A stretch of 64,000 nt of DNA from Desulfobacterales bacterium. GTDB lineage: Bacteria; Desulfobacterota; Desulfobulbia; Desulfobulbales; JAGXFP01. The position numbers and the translations under genes were made by a program. Shown here piece by piece: positions 29,052 through 38,866 of the stretch (position 1 is the stretch's first letter; each line of letters begins with the position of its first letter). The notes under the pieces are model-generated. The model was not told the origin of the DNA and made no database searches. It worked only from the letters and a program-made list of their open reading frames with translations. The stretch spans positions 6,704-70,703 of the forward strand of contig JAGXFP010000074.1 of NCBI GenBank assembly GCA_024637225.1, given 5' to 3'.

Positions 29052-30539
29052 TTAAGGAGCAGTCACTTGGTTTCGCCGCCGTAAGTGTTTGGTAAGCGGC
29101 CAGAGCAATATCCCTGAAACTACCATTATTACGACCAATAAAATCATTCGCACCAAAAGGGAATCCAACAGCCAGGCGAATAAAAAACCGGCCGATATCA
29201 TCAAAAGCGCGATATGGGTTTGCACTACTACCCGACCAAGGTCGGCTAATTTCAAACGGGCGAATTCATTTAAAACCACGGTGTCCACCACAACCCGGAT
29301 AGTCCAGGTTGCCGCGGTCCCGGCAATACCAAATTTGTGGGTTAAAAACCATAATAAAAGCAAATAGGGAACAAGCTCCGCCAAATGGATTTTGGCAACA
29401 ATATCCGGCCTTCCGGCACTTTGCAGAACCGTGAAGGCAGGTAAGGCGAGAACATTTATCATAGTACCCATAGCCAGCCAATGCACCACCGGCGTCGCGG
29501 CAATGCGAAAATCATTTCCCAGCCAGATATCCAAGGCCTCGGGGGCAAATAAAAATATTGCGCCGATGATGGGCAACATCAACAATAGCAGCAATCTCGC
29601 GCTGTGACTGTAAATTGTTGCCAAAACCTCGCGGTCGCCGCTAAAGGCGGTAGACATGGCTGGGAATATCACCCCCATAATGGATTGCGGCAGCAACTGA
29701 AGACGCGACAGGACCTCATATGGAGTCACATAATAGGTTACAGCCGTCATGCTTAGCACGGCACCTAGAAAAAAACGGTCCAGATAAGTCATCAGGGGAC
29801 CGATAATATTGGAAACCGTCAACCATCCGCCAAACCGAAACAACGGGAGCGCATGGATCATTTGCGGCCGAATGGGAGTTCTCAATTCCGGACGAACCGA
29901 TGAGGAAACGCCAAAATAAGCAAACAATGCGACCATCCGGCTGACAAGCAAGGCGGTTGTTGCCCAAACAAGACTTGGAGTAAACTGGAGCGTTAAAAGC
30001 GGTCCGGCGAAAGTCAAAACACCCAAGGGAATACGAATGGAGGTAACAGTTGCAAAGCGTTGATGGGCTTCCAATAAACCCACCAGGGCTGTTGTTGCAA
30101 CCACCACCGGTAAGCCTAAAGACAAAATACGGAATGCGGCAATCGCCTCGTTCTGAAATTGGGCTTTTACATTCAGCACATAGTGAACCAAAGGTCCTGC
30201 CAGCACAAAAACCACGACGGCGCCCAATATCCCGAATGCAACCAGAAGGGACAAAGCAGTCCAGATAAGCGGGCCAAGATCGTCGAGACGGCCGCTGCCA
30301 AGGCGCTCGGCTACCAGTTTAGTCAGTGCTCGACCAAGTCCTAGATCAAAGAGACTGAAATAGCCGACGCCCATCCAGATAATAGCAAGAAGACCAAATC
30401 GTTCCTTGCCCATACCTTCAATAAGCAAGGGGATGGCGATAAGAGCAACCAACATGGGTGCGGCCAGACCGATAAAATTCCACAAGGCGCTGCGCGCCAG
30501 AATCCGCCCCGAGGTAAGACTTTTCGCATCATTAATCAT
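29052..30539 (-). CDS. wzx: Wzx-type flippase
   Basis: 495 aa polytopic protein; FDLGL, YLDRF and FGIAGTA motifs. Confidence 0.88.
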   Translation of the reverse strand: MINDAKSLTSGRILARSALWNFIGLAAPMLVALIAIPLLIEGMGKERFGLLAIIWMGVGYFSLFDLGLGRALTKLVAERLGSGRLDDLGPLIWTALSLLVAFGILGAVVVFVLAGPLVHYVLNVKAQFQNEAIAAFRILSLGLPVVVATTALVGLLEAHQRFATVTSIRIPLGVLTFAGPLLTLQFTPSLVWATTALLVSRMVALFAYFGVSSSVRPELRTPIRPQMIHALPLFRFGGWLTVSNIIGPLMTYLDRFFLGAVLSMTAVTYYVTPYEVLSRLQLLPQSIMGVIFPAMSTAFSGDREVLATIYSHSARLLLLLMLPIIGAIFLFAPEALDIWLGNDFRIAATPVVHWLAMGTMINVLALPAFTVLQSAGRPDIVAKIHLAELVPYLLLLWFLTHKFGIAGTAATWTIRVVVDTVVLNEFARLKLADLGRVVVQTHIALLMISAGFLFAWLLDSLLVRMILLVVIMVVSGILLWPLTKHLRRRNQVTAP

Positions 30540-31229
30540 TGCAGTAAATCTCTTTCGAATCGCGAATCATGTGAACAATTTTTTTTCATCACTATTAATT
30601 AGGAAATAGTCATATAAATTAGTGCCGGTAGTGGCGAATATAAATCTCCTGGCGCCAAACGGCCAGGACCGGGCGAGACCTGAAACATCCCGGCACACGC
30701 GTCTTGCTAGTCGCAGTTTGAGTTTCCCGGAGCTGATGAACTTTGAGGTGCAAATGCGCCCGGTACAAACGCGCGCCAACAAAAAACAGGATGACAGAAG
30801 CATAGCTGTAAGCGGCCATTTTGGGGCTAAAACAGGTTGATCAAGCATAGGCCAGCACCGCAACCAAAATCAAGCGGCTCAAGAGGGAAGAGGCTGTCAG
30901 AAAGCCAAATTGGGGTAAAGTTCTTCGAGTTGCAGCTTGGAGCTCACTAACTCAAAGGCGAGCTGGCCCAGCACATGGAAAGACAATATCAATAAAAATG
31001 CCGCCGATAGTGATCAAGCGGACTAGCAGTAACAGCAATACGGTTGCAGTACTGCAAAACCTATAAAACGGAACGAGCCATTAAGCCAGCGCATGACCCG
31101 CCAGCCTTTGTCCGAAGCCTTTCAGCCAATATTGCGAAATGCCGAATTCTGCCAAAGGTAGTAAACCGCTCTGACCAGCCTTTTTTAGCTGTCATAATTA
31201 CATAAGGGAAAGAGGCCTGATATCCCCTT

Positions 31230-31528
31230 GGCAGATTCGGTTCAAATTGGTCCACATATCTAAAAAATACCGCCCCGTCCATGACCCAGCTTTTATCAAG
31301 GTGGCAGGCTGGCCCCTGACATGGCTCTCCCAGTGGAAGAGATCTGTCGGGTTAACTCTTCAGAATTTCACAAGTATTATCGGTCGATCCATCATCCCGG
31401 ATGATAAGCTCAACCCGCGGGTAGTCCTGGGCAAGAACGCTGTCGATGGATTCCCGAAAGTAACCAGCGGCATTGAAGACGGGGATTACGATGGAGACTA
31501 GGGTCTGGTCGTCGGCGGCACTGTTCAT
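31230..31528 (-). pseudogene. Disrupted glycosyltransferase family 2
   Basis: ATG 31528 reads MNSAADDQTLVSIVIPVFNAAGYFRESIDSVLAQDYPRVELIIRDDGSTDNTCEILKS*, stop at 31352-31354; GT2-like text continues in shifted frames. Confidence 0.8.
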
Positions 31529-31617
31529 ATGTTTCTCAAGAGTTATTCTTTAAACTAAAACTTAAAGCTTGAAGCTTCCCCCTTGAAGCTGTCTTTACCT
31601 TGGCAGTCCTTATACCC

Positions 31618-32241
31618 TTAGAAAGAATACCTCATGCCGGCATAGATGTTATGTGATGCATATTCCACTTCCCCGTTTGCAAATTCGGCATTGGTGGTGG
31701 CGAAATAGCGATACTTGCCTTCAAGGGTGATTTCCTCGTTGACGGCGTAGCCAAGTCCGGCGCCGAACTGATAGGCAAAAACAGTGGCGGAATCGTTACC
31801 CAGGTAAGCGGTATTGTCATCGACATTGATCAATGCTGCGCCCAGACCGGCGCTCAAATACGGGGTCCAAAAGGACCTGTTGGTAAAATCCCAGTACCCG
31901 TTCACCAGAAAAGCAAGACTGTCGATGTTGTCGTGCAAAGATACATTCCCAACGGTTGTACTGACCTTATCCAATGCATTGTTCTGGTAGGCGATTTCAG
32001 CCTCTATCCTGGGGAAACCATAAAAATCATATCCCAATGCCGCCCCAACCGCAAAACCGGTATCCGCTTCGACTGTAAAATCCGTGGTCGAGGCTTTCGA
32101 GTTAGAGACCTCGGCATCGCTGAAGAGGCCAAGGCCAAAAAAGCTGGCACTTAGATAGGTCTTCTCTTCGGCGCCATAGGCACTGGTTGTGAGAGAAAGC
32201 AGCATGATGCATCCGGAAATAATAAATATATTTCTCTTCAT
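31618..32241 (-). CDS. Outer membrane beta-barrel protein
   Basis: Signal peptide, NGYWDF, PYLSAGLG, FAYQ, C-terminal RYSF. Confidence 0.88.
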   Translation of the reverse strand: MKRNIFIISGCIMLLSLTTSAYGAEEKTYLSASFFGLGLFSDAEVSNSKASTTDFTVEADTGFAVGAALGYDFYGFPRIEAEIAYQNNALDKVSTTVGNVSLHDNIDSLAFLVNGYWDFTNRSFWTPYLSAGLGAALINVDDNTAYLGNDSATVFAYQFGAGLGYAVNEEITLEGKYRYFATTNAEFANGEVEYASHNIYAGMRYSF

Positions 32242-32409
32242 AATGTCTCCTGTTTTTTTGATCGCCTTGCCAGATATTCTGATGGGATTTTCCTTGAGCA
32301 CAGTGCCAAGCTTCCCCTGTAAAAATCAGAGAGTATAGCATGTTACGTCTGGTCAGTCCAGAATAGTGTAGCGGTCTTAGATCAACTCAACTTTCCGGGT
32401 TGTGATATT

Positions 32410-32543
32410 AGCTTGAAAGCTGCAAGCTGAAAGGTACCAAGTGGCAAACGGGCAAGCCGCAAGTCAAAAGTTAAAATCGCCCCTCGTACAGCTATCCTTC
32501 CTTGCCTTAACCTTGAAGCTTGAGGCTTGAAGCTGCTCTTAAC
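32410..32543. repeat. Two-armed heptamer array
   Basis: Purine-rich arm (aagctgc aagctga) then pyrimidine-rich arm (aaccttg aagcttg aggcttg). Confidence 0.6.
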
Positions 32544-33158
32544 CTAAAAAGAATACCTGACGCCGGCATAGACGTTATGGGTTCGATATTCGGTTTCTCC
32601 GCTATCGAATTCAGGATTGGTGGTGGCAAAATAGCGATACCTGCAGTCAACGGTAATCACTTCGTTGACGGCGTAAGCGATACCGGTGCTGATCTGAAAG
32701 GCAAAAACCGTGGCTGAATCGTCGCCCAGGTAAGCGGTATCGTCATCGACATTGATCATGGCCAGGCCGAGACCGCCACCCAGAAACGGGGTCCACCGGG
32801 AATCGTTTGCAAAATCCCGATAGCCGTTTATCAGGACAGCAAAACTGTCAATATCGTCGGACAAAGCTGCATCGCCACCGGCTGTAGTTGCCTGGTCCAA
32901 GGTATTGTTGTGGTAGACGAATTCACTCTCTATCCTGGTGTTATCAAACTCATAACCCACTGCCGCGCCGAGGCCGTAGCCGGTGTTCGCCTCGATATCA
33001 TAATTAGCGGCGGAGGCGTCCGAGCCGGTGACTTCGGCATCACTGAAGAAGCCAACACCCAGATTAGCGCTTAAATAGAGGGTGTCGGTGGCACTGTAGG
33101 CGCTGGTGGATAGCGAAAGTAGCATGACGCACACGGCAATAGATATCTTTTTCTTCAC
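32544..33158 (-). CDS. Outer membrane beta-barrel protein (paralogue of 31618-32241)
   Basis: Signal peptide, shared INVDD.TAYLG.DSATVFA segment, C-terminal RYSF. Confidence 0.88.
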   Translation of the reverse strand: MKKKISIAVCVMLLSLSTSAYSATDTLYLSANLGVGFFSDAEVTGSDASAANYDIEANTGYGLGAAVGYEFDNTRIESEFVYHNNTLDQATTAGGDAALSDDIDSFAVLINGYRDFANDSRWTPFLGGGLGLAMINVDDDTAYLGDDSATVFAFQISTGIAYAVNEVITVDCRYRYFATTNPEFDSGETEYRTHNVYAGVRYSF

Positions 33159-34166
33159 AAAAGTTCTCCCGCTTCTTTCGGCGGCTGGCCGAATATTTTC
33201 AAGGAAATTATCCCTAAACAGAATGGCTTGCCTGCCTTTTCGATTACCGCATCATCACACTTTATTTTTTACAATTTCGCTATAAAATTTTTCTGATACC
33301 GCGTGAAGGGGCAAGCTGAAAGCCGCCAGTCAAAAGTCAAAAGTTAAAGTCGTAAACAAAACGGCTCCTCCTATTTCAGGTTGTCCGGCCAGATCGGACC
33401 GTCTTTCAATTTAACGATATCACCATGAATGCGAACCCTTTTCGCGAGCACGATAATCGGTCTTAGGAGGGATGGGAAAGTCCGAAACCATTCCCGAAAT
33501 TTACTTCATCGCTATTCGGAATATAGCTGGAGCCGCTGGCGGGTAGGGGGAACCCTACTTTTAGCTGCCTTGAATGGGGGGTAACCCCTACCGAATATCC
33601 CGCTTCATGATTTTGTTTTATTTTATGGTTGCGAGGCCGTTTTTTATTGGCTATAAACAATAGTCATTACTGTTTTTCTTACGCAGCCCTGAAGCATGCT
33701 TTAATGTTCGCTCTCATCCGCTGTTTTCGGGTTTCCTCGCGTTTACTTGCAGTTCAGAATTTTCAATCTCAAGTTTGTTCACACTTTCATATATTCCACC
33801 GGGTCAAAGTTCCCGTTAGAGGGATCCTGCGCCCGAAAAGAAATTCTAGGCACTTTAACCGGCAGGGAACAGGCAACCGCGTGCCATCCCTTACTCTTCG
33901 CCCCGCCTCGGATGGCCTGGTCTTGCAGGGGTTTTCCCGGCCAAGTTTTATCTTAATGGCGTCGCCATCTCCAGATTTTTGCGAGTTTGTTATATTTTGC
34001 CGAATTGGCAAAAACTGACTTTGTACATCATTGTGAGGAGCGAGGCGACAAGACAATCCAGTAAATAATTCGATGTTTTCGGATTTGTTCGCCAGCCTCG
34101 CAATGAGCTATAGCCGTCACGGATTCAGGAATAATCAAGAGGAGAACCCTTTACCGGGGGGTAATA

Positions 34167-35699
34167 ATGGAAAATCTGTCTGTTCAAGCGGTTTTAACTT
34201 TTCTTCTGGCTCTGCTCCTGACCGGTCTGGCCCTGCCCAAGCTGGTCAGGATTGCCGGGCGCGTCGGCCTGGTTGACCTCCCCTGCCGGAGAAAAATCCA
34301 TACAACCCCCAAACCCCTGATCGGCGGAGTGGCGATTTTGACCGGGGTGCTGTTCAGCAGCTTGGTGTTCATCCCCTTTACCAATCTCAGGGGCTATTTC
34401 CTCGGCCTTGCCATTTTACTGATAGTCGGCTTCCTCGATGATTTCCGGGAACTCAATCACCGCTTGAAGTTCGTTGCCCAGTTCCTGGCCGTAGGCACGA
34501 TTATTTTCTGGAGTGGAGCCAGGCTCGAGACTTTCGGGGAGATCCTGCCCGGCCTCCAGGTCCATCTCGGCTACCTGGCCATGCCGATAACATTTCTGGC
34601 CGGGATCGGGGTAATCAACGCGTTAAACATGGCTGACGGCCTTGATGGCCTGGCCGGCGGTCTGGCCCTCGCCGCTTTTGCTTCATTTTCGTATCTCGCC
34701 CACCTGAACGGCCAGCCCAACCTGATGCTGCTCAGTCTTGCCTTCTGCGGCGCCCTGATCGTTTTCCTGAGGTACAACTGGCATCCTGCCTCGCTCTTCA
34801 TGGGCGACGCCGGCAGCCTCACCCTCGGCTTCTCCCTGGTCTTCCTCGGCATTGTTCTTTCGCAATCGGGCCGGGGTCTGGTGCCTCCCGTCACCGTTTT
34901 GCTGATTATGGCGGTACCGGTGACTGATACCCTGACGGTGATGACCAAGAGGATGACCAGACAGAAAAGTCCCTTCCATGCAGACAAGACCCATTTCCAC
35001 CACCTGCTCCTTCGCTTCGGCTTCACCAAAAGGCATTCGGCCTATACGATTATCACCATCTCCCTGTTCCTTTCGATCATCGGGTTGGCCGGGGCGGTTC
35101 TGCGAATCCCCCATTACTACATGATGGTGGTCTTCCTTGCTTACGCGGCGCTCTACACCCTCTTCGTTTTCCGGGCCACGGCGATACTCAGGGTCAAACT
35201 CAGGATAACCAACGGCAAGAGTCATTTTTCCGGTGGAGTCGCCCTGGGCCTTGCCAAGCTGATGGAAGGCGCCGAAAGGCTGGTGAAAATACGGTGGGAA
35301 GGCTATCATTTCAGTGTCGCCACCCCGATGCCGTGTTTGTTGATCAGGGGAAACGAGCGTTATGCCGGAATCATCCGGAGCATCAGCACCAGGGGCTTCG
35401 CCGCGACCACCACCGAACGGTTGCCCGTCGGGGAAGTGGTGAAAGCAGGATTGTGCCTGCTTGACGAAAAAAAGCACGGCAAGGCAGGAAAGGTTAATCT
35501 GCGCATCCCGGCCATGGTCTCCGGAATCAGGGAAAAAGTTGACACCATTGAATACGACTTTCGCTTCGTGAAGAAAAAAAGAAGCGATTCCAGGGAGCTC
35601 GCCAATTTTCTGTGCCTGGACCATAACCTGACCGGCAACTTTCGCCGTCCCTTCCCGGTCCGCGCCACTACAAGCGAGAAACATATAATTACCGGGTAA
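34167..35699 (+). CDS. wecA: WecA/MraY-family GlcNAc-1-phosphate transferase with a C-terminal PilZ-like extension
   Basis: RKIH..P..GG, LDD, NALNMADGLDGL, FMGDAGS and HFHH motifs; about 150-aa soluble tail with SISTRG. Confidence 0.82.
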   Translation: MENLSVQAVLTFLLALLLTGLALPKLVRIAGRVGLVDLPCRRKIHTTPKPLIGGVAILTGVLFSSLVFIPFTNLRGYFLGLAILLIVGFLDDFRELNHRLKFVAQFLAVGTIIFWSGARLETFGEILPGLQVHLGYLAMPITFLAGIGVINALNMADGLDGLAGGLALAAFASFSYLAHLNGQPNLMLLSLAFCGALIVFLRYNWHPASLFMGDAGSLTLGFSLVFLGIVLSQSGRGLVPPVTVLLIMAVPVTDTLTVMTKRMTRQKSPFHADKTHFHHLLLRFGFTKRHSAYTIITISLFLSIIGLAGAVLRIPHYYMMVVFLAYAALYTLFVFRATAILRVKLRITNGKSHFSGGVALGLAKLMEGAERLVKIRWEGYHFSVATPMPCLLIRGNERYAGIIRSISTRGFAATTTERLPVGEVVKAGLCLLDEKKHGKAGKVNLRIPAMVSGIREKVDTIEYDFRFVKKKRSDSRELANFLCLDHNLTGNFRRPFPVRATTSEKHIITG

Positions 35700-35703
35700 A
35701 AAA

Positions 35704-35743
35704 CCTTAATCCGTGAGCGTTCTCGAACGCTCACGGATTAAGG
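35704..35743. repeat. Perfect 19-bp inverted repeat made of two family D left ends
   Basis: ccttaatccgtgagcgttc-tc-gaacgctcacggattaagg. Confidence 0.85.
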
Positions 35744-35892
35744 ATAATCCAAGAGAAAAGCTTTAAAACCGGTCATTCCGGCTTTTGGCTTCTGGCTCCC
35801 GGCTTCTCTAAATCCGGCCCCCTCTTCAAGCCATTCCCATCCCTCACAAGATCCCGCCTGTAATTTCCCCCGATTTTAAAGGGAAAAGCCGA

Positions 35893-35921
35893 TTGACAAG
35901 CGGTTCGTGCCTGCCTATATT
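35893..35921 (+). promoter_or_regulatory. Putative sigma70 promoter for cooC
   Basis: TTGACA-17 nt-TATATT. Confidence 0.6.
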
Positions 35922-35959
35922 TTTGAACTTGCGCCCAACATTTAATAAAGTGGCTCTGT

Positions 35960-36121
35960 ATGAAACTCAGCTTCAACTTCTGAATTCCCGCTAAAAACGT
36001 GCGGGAATGACGGCCCCGGCGTATTGAATGTCATTTCTGCAAGTTGTAAGCCGGAATCCAGTACCCATCAACGGAGCACCGGAAAAAACCGGATTTTTAG
36101 CTGAGTCTGATTCATTGCCAT
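35960..36121 (-). repeat. About 160-bp composite repeat containing CGTC palindromes
   Basis: Reverse complement of 18167-18328. Confidence 0.8.
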
Positions 36122-36156
36122 TTTAATTATTAATTTTCATACAAGAGGAACCCCGG

Positions 36157-36921
36157 ATGACCAGGATTATCGCCATGGCCGGCAAGGGAGGGACCGGCAA
36201 GACCACCCTCTCCGCCCTGCTGATCAAGTACCTTACCGAAAAGAATCTCACTCCGGTGCTGGCAGTCGACGCCGATTCGAACGCCAACCTCAACGAGCTC
36301 CTAAACCTTGAGGTCGGGCTGACCATCGGCCAGATCAGGAAGGAACTGAAGGGGGAACTGCCGCCGAATATCACCAGGGACCAGTATATGGAGATGAAGG
36401 TCCACCAGGCCCTGGTCGAGGAGAAGGGTTTCGACCTGATGGCCATGGGCCAGCCCGACGGGCCCGGCTGCTACTGCGCCGCCAACCAGCACCTGGCGAT
36501 GACCATGGAGCATCTGGCCGGCAACTACAAGTATATCATCGTCGACAACGAGGCCGGCATGGAGCACCTGAGCCGGATGAACATGCGGCAGATCGATTAC
36601 CTGTTCGTCACCTCCGACCCCTCGGCCCGCGGCATCCTTACCGCCCGGCGGATCGCCGAACTGACAGGCCCCCTAGGCATCGAGGTCAGACAGCAATGCC
36701 TGGTGGTCACCCGGGTCCCGAATCCCGCCTCCGCCGAACTGCTCGCCAAGATCGAGGAGGCGGCAAGGGAAAGCGACCTGCCCCTGGGCGGCCTGATTCA
36801 CTCCAGCGACAAGCTGATCGAGCAGGAGATCACCGGCGGCTCCTATATCGAGATCGACAGCGACGAAGCGGTGATCAGGGAGGCTTATGGGATCTTCGAC
36901 GCAGTTCTCGGCCAGAAGTGA
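36157..36921 (+). CDS. cooC: CooC/AcsF-type nickel-insertion ATPase
   Basis: GKGGTGKTT, DADSNANL, GPGCYC and DNEAGMEHLSR motifs. Confidence 0.88.
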   Translation: MTRIIAMAGKGGTGKTTLSALLIKYLTEKNLTPVLAVDADSNANLNELLNLEVGLTIGQIRKELKGELPPNITRDQYMEMKVHQALVEEKGFDLMAMGQPDGPGCYCAANQHLAMTMEHLAGNYKYIIVDNEAGMEHLSRMNMRQIDYLFVTSDPSARGILTARRIAELTGPLGIEVRQQCLVVTRVPNPASAELLAKIEEAARESDLPLGGLIHSSDKLIEQEITGGSYIEIDSDEAVIREAYGIFDAVLGQK

Positions 36922-36930
36922 TTATCGGGA

Positions 36931-37011
36931 ACTCAACTTTCTGACTTGTCTTATGGTATTGGTTTGCCAAAAACCATTATCGCGAGATTAACCAAACTCA
37001 GAAAGTTGAGT
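36931..37011. mobile_element. 81-bp MITE-like element, family E
   Basis: Perfect 14-bp TIR actcaactttctga / tcagaaagttgagt; lone ends at 1110-1121, 32385-32395 and 62017-62030. Confidence 0.7.
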
Positions 37012-37185
37012 CTGGAACAACCCTGCCCGGCGCCGACGCCCTTGAATCGGCAATGGACAAATAGAATGTCATTTTCTTCCAATATGTTATACAGTTAGCC
37101 GTTCGGAGTGCCGGGAGTGGTGGATAACGGATCTACCCCGGCCGGATCGATCCCGCGCAATAATCAGAAACCGGTACTTATAAAG

Positions 37186-37905
<720 letters not shown>

Positions 37906-37962
37906 GAGAACCTCAAACTACCTTGGCACCACCAGAACAGTTGAGCGGGAGATAATTTAAAG

Positions 37963-38853
37963 ATGGGTCACAAAACCTACTTCCATATCAAACAAACCGG
38001 CCGCAACCTCCGCCATAACTGGCCGACCCAGTTGATGACGGTGATGACCATCAGCCTCTCCGTGCTGATCTTCAGTTTTTTCCTGCTGATCTACCTGAAT
38101 ATCGTCAACGCAGGCAGCAGACTGGGCGACGAACTGCGGCTGATCGTCTATCTGAACGAAGAGGTCCAGCCCGAAGCCCGGCCGATGTACGAAAACAAGA
38201 TCAGGGATTTCGGCAAGGTCGAGAGGATAGAATTCATCTCCAGGGCCGAGGCCTTTGAGCGCCTCGGCCGCCAGCTCGATTCCGAAAAGGACGTTCTGGC
38301 CGATCTGGGTCCGGACTTTCTGCCGCCCTCCATCGAGGTTTACCCCCAGCGGAACATGCGGAACCTGACCGGCCTCAAGCAGTTTTCCGACTACCTGACC
38401 ACCCTGCCCTCCGCCGACAAGGTCCAGTATGGCCAGAGCTGGATGGAGAAGTTCGGATATTTTATCGAACTGCTGCGGGTAATCGTCATCCTCAGCGGGG
38501 TTCTGCTGATCATGGCCACCGTCTTCATGGTCTCCTCGACGATCAGGCTGACCGTGGTGGCCAAGGAGGCCGAGCTCGAAGTGCTGCGGCTGGTCGGCGC
38601 CGACAATAAATTCATTCAGACCCCGCTGCTTATCGAAGGGATCATGCAGGGCATCATCGGCTCTGCCTGCGGCCTTCTGCTGCTCTACCTGATCTTTCAG
38701 TGGACCACGGGACACCTGAGCGGCCCCGGCTTTCTCAACATGCTCGACTTCTCCTTTTTTCCGCCGAAAACCACGGCGATCATCGCCGCGAGTTCGGTCC
38801 TGTTGTGCGTCGGCGGCAGCATGATTTCGATTCGAAAACACATGCGGATCTGA
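37963..38853 (+). CDS. ftsX: Cell division permease FtsX
   Basis: One plus three transmembrane topology; TIRLTV..ELEVLRLVGA..FI..P..IEG motif. Confidence 0.9.
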   Translation: MGHKTYFHIKQTGRNLRHNWPTQLMTVMTISLSVLIFSFFLLIYLNIVNAGSRLGDELRLIVYLNEEVQPEARPMYENKIRDFGKVERIEFISRAEAFERLGRQLDSEKDVLADLGPDFLPPSIEVYPQRNMRNLTGLKQFSDYLTTLPSADKVQYGQSWMEKFGYFIELLRVIVILSGVLLIMATVFMVSSTIRLTVVAKEAELEVLRLVGADNKFIQTPLLIEGIMQGIIGSACGLLLLYLIFQWTTGHLSGPGFLNMLDFSFFPPKTTAIIAASSVLLCVGGSMISIRKHMRI

Positions 38854-38866
38854 TTCGTAACCTGAT

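Noticed and set aside
33530-33610. c-di-GMP riboswitch or ncRNA in the long intergenic region
   Set aside because: Hairpins are present but I could not find riboswitch consensus elements.
33871-33886. Sigma54 promoter TGGCACGCGGTTGC on the minus strand
   Set aside because: Only 9 nt between GG and GC; 10 are required.
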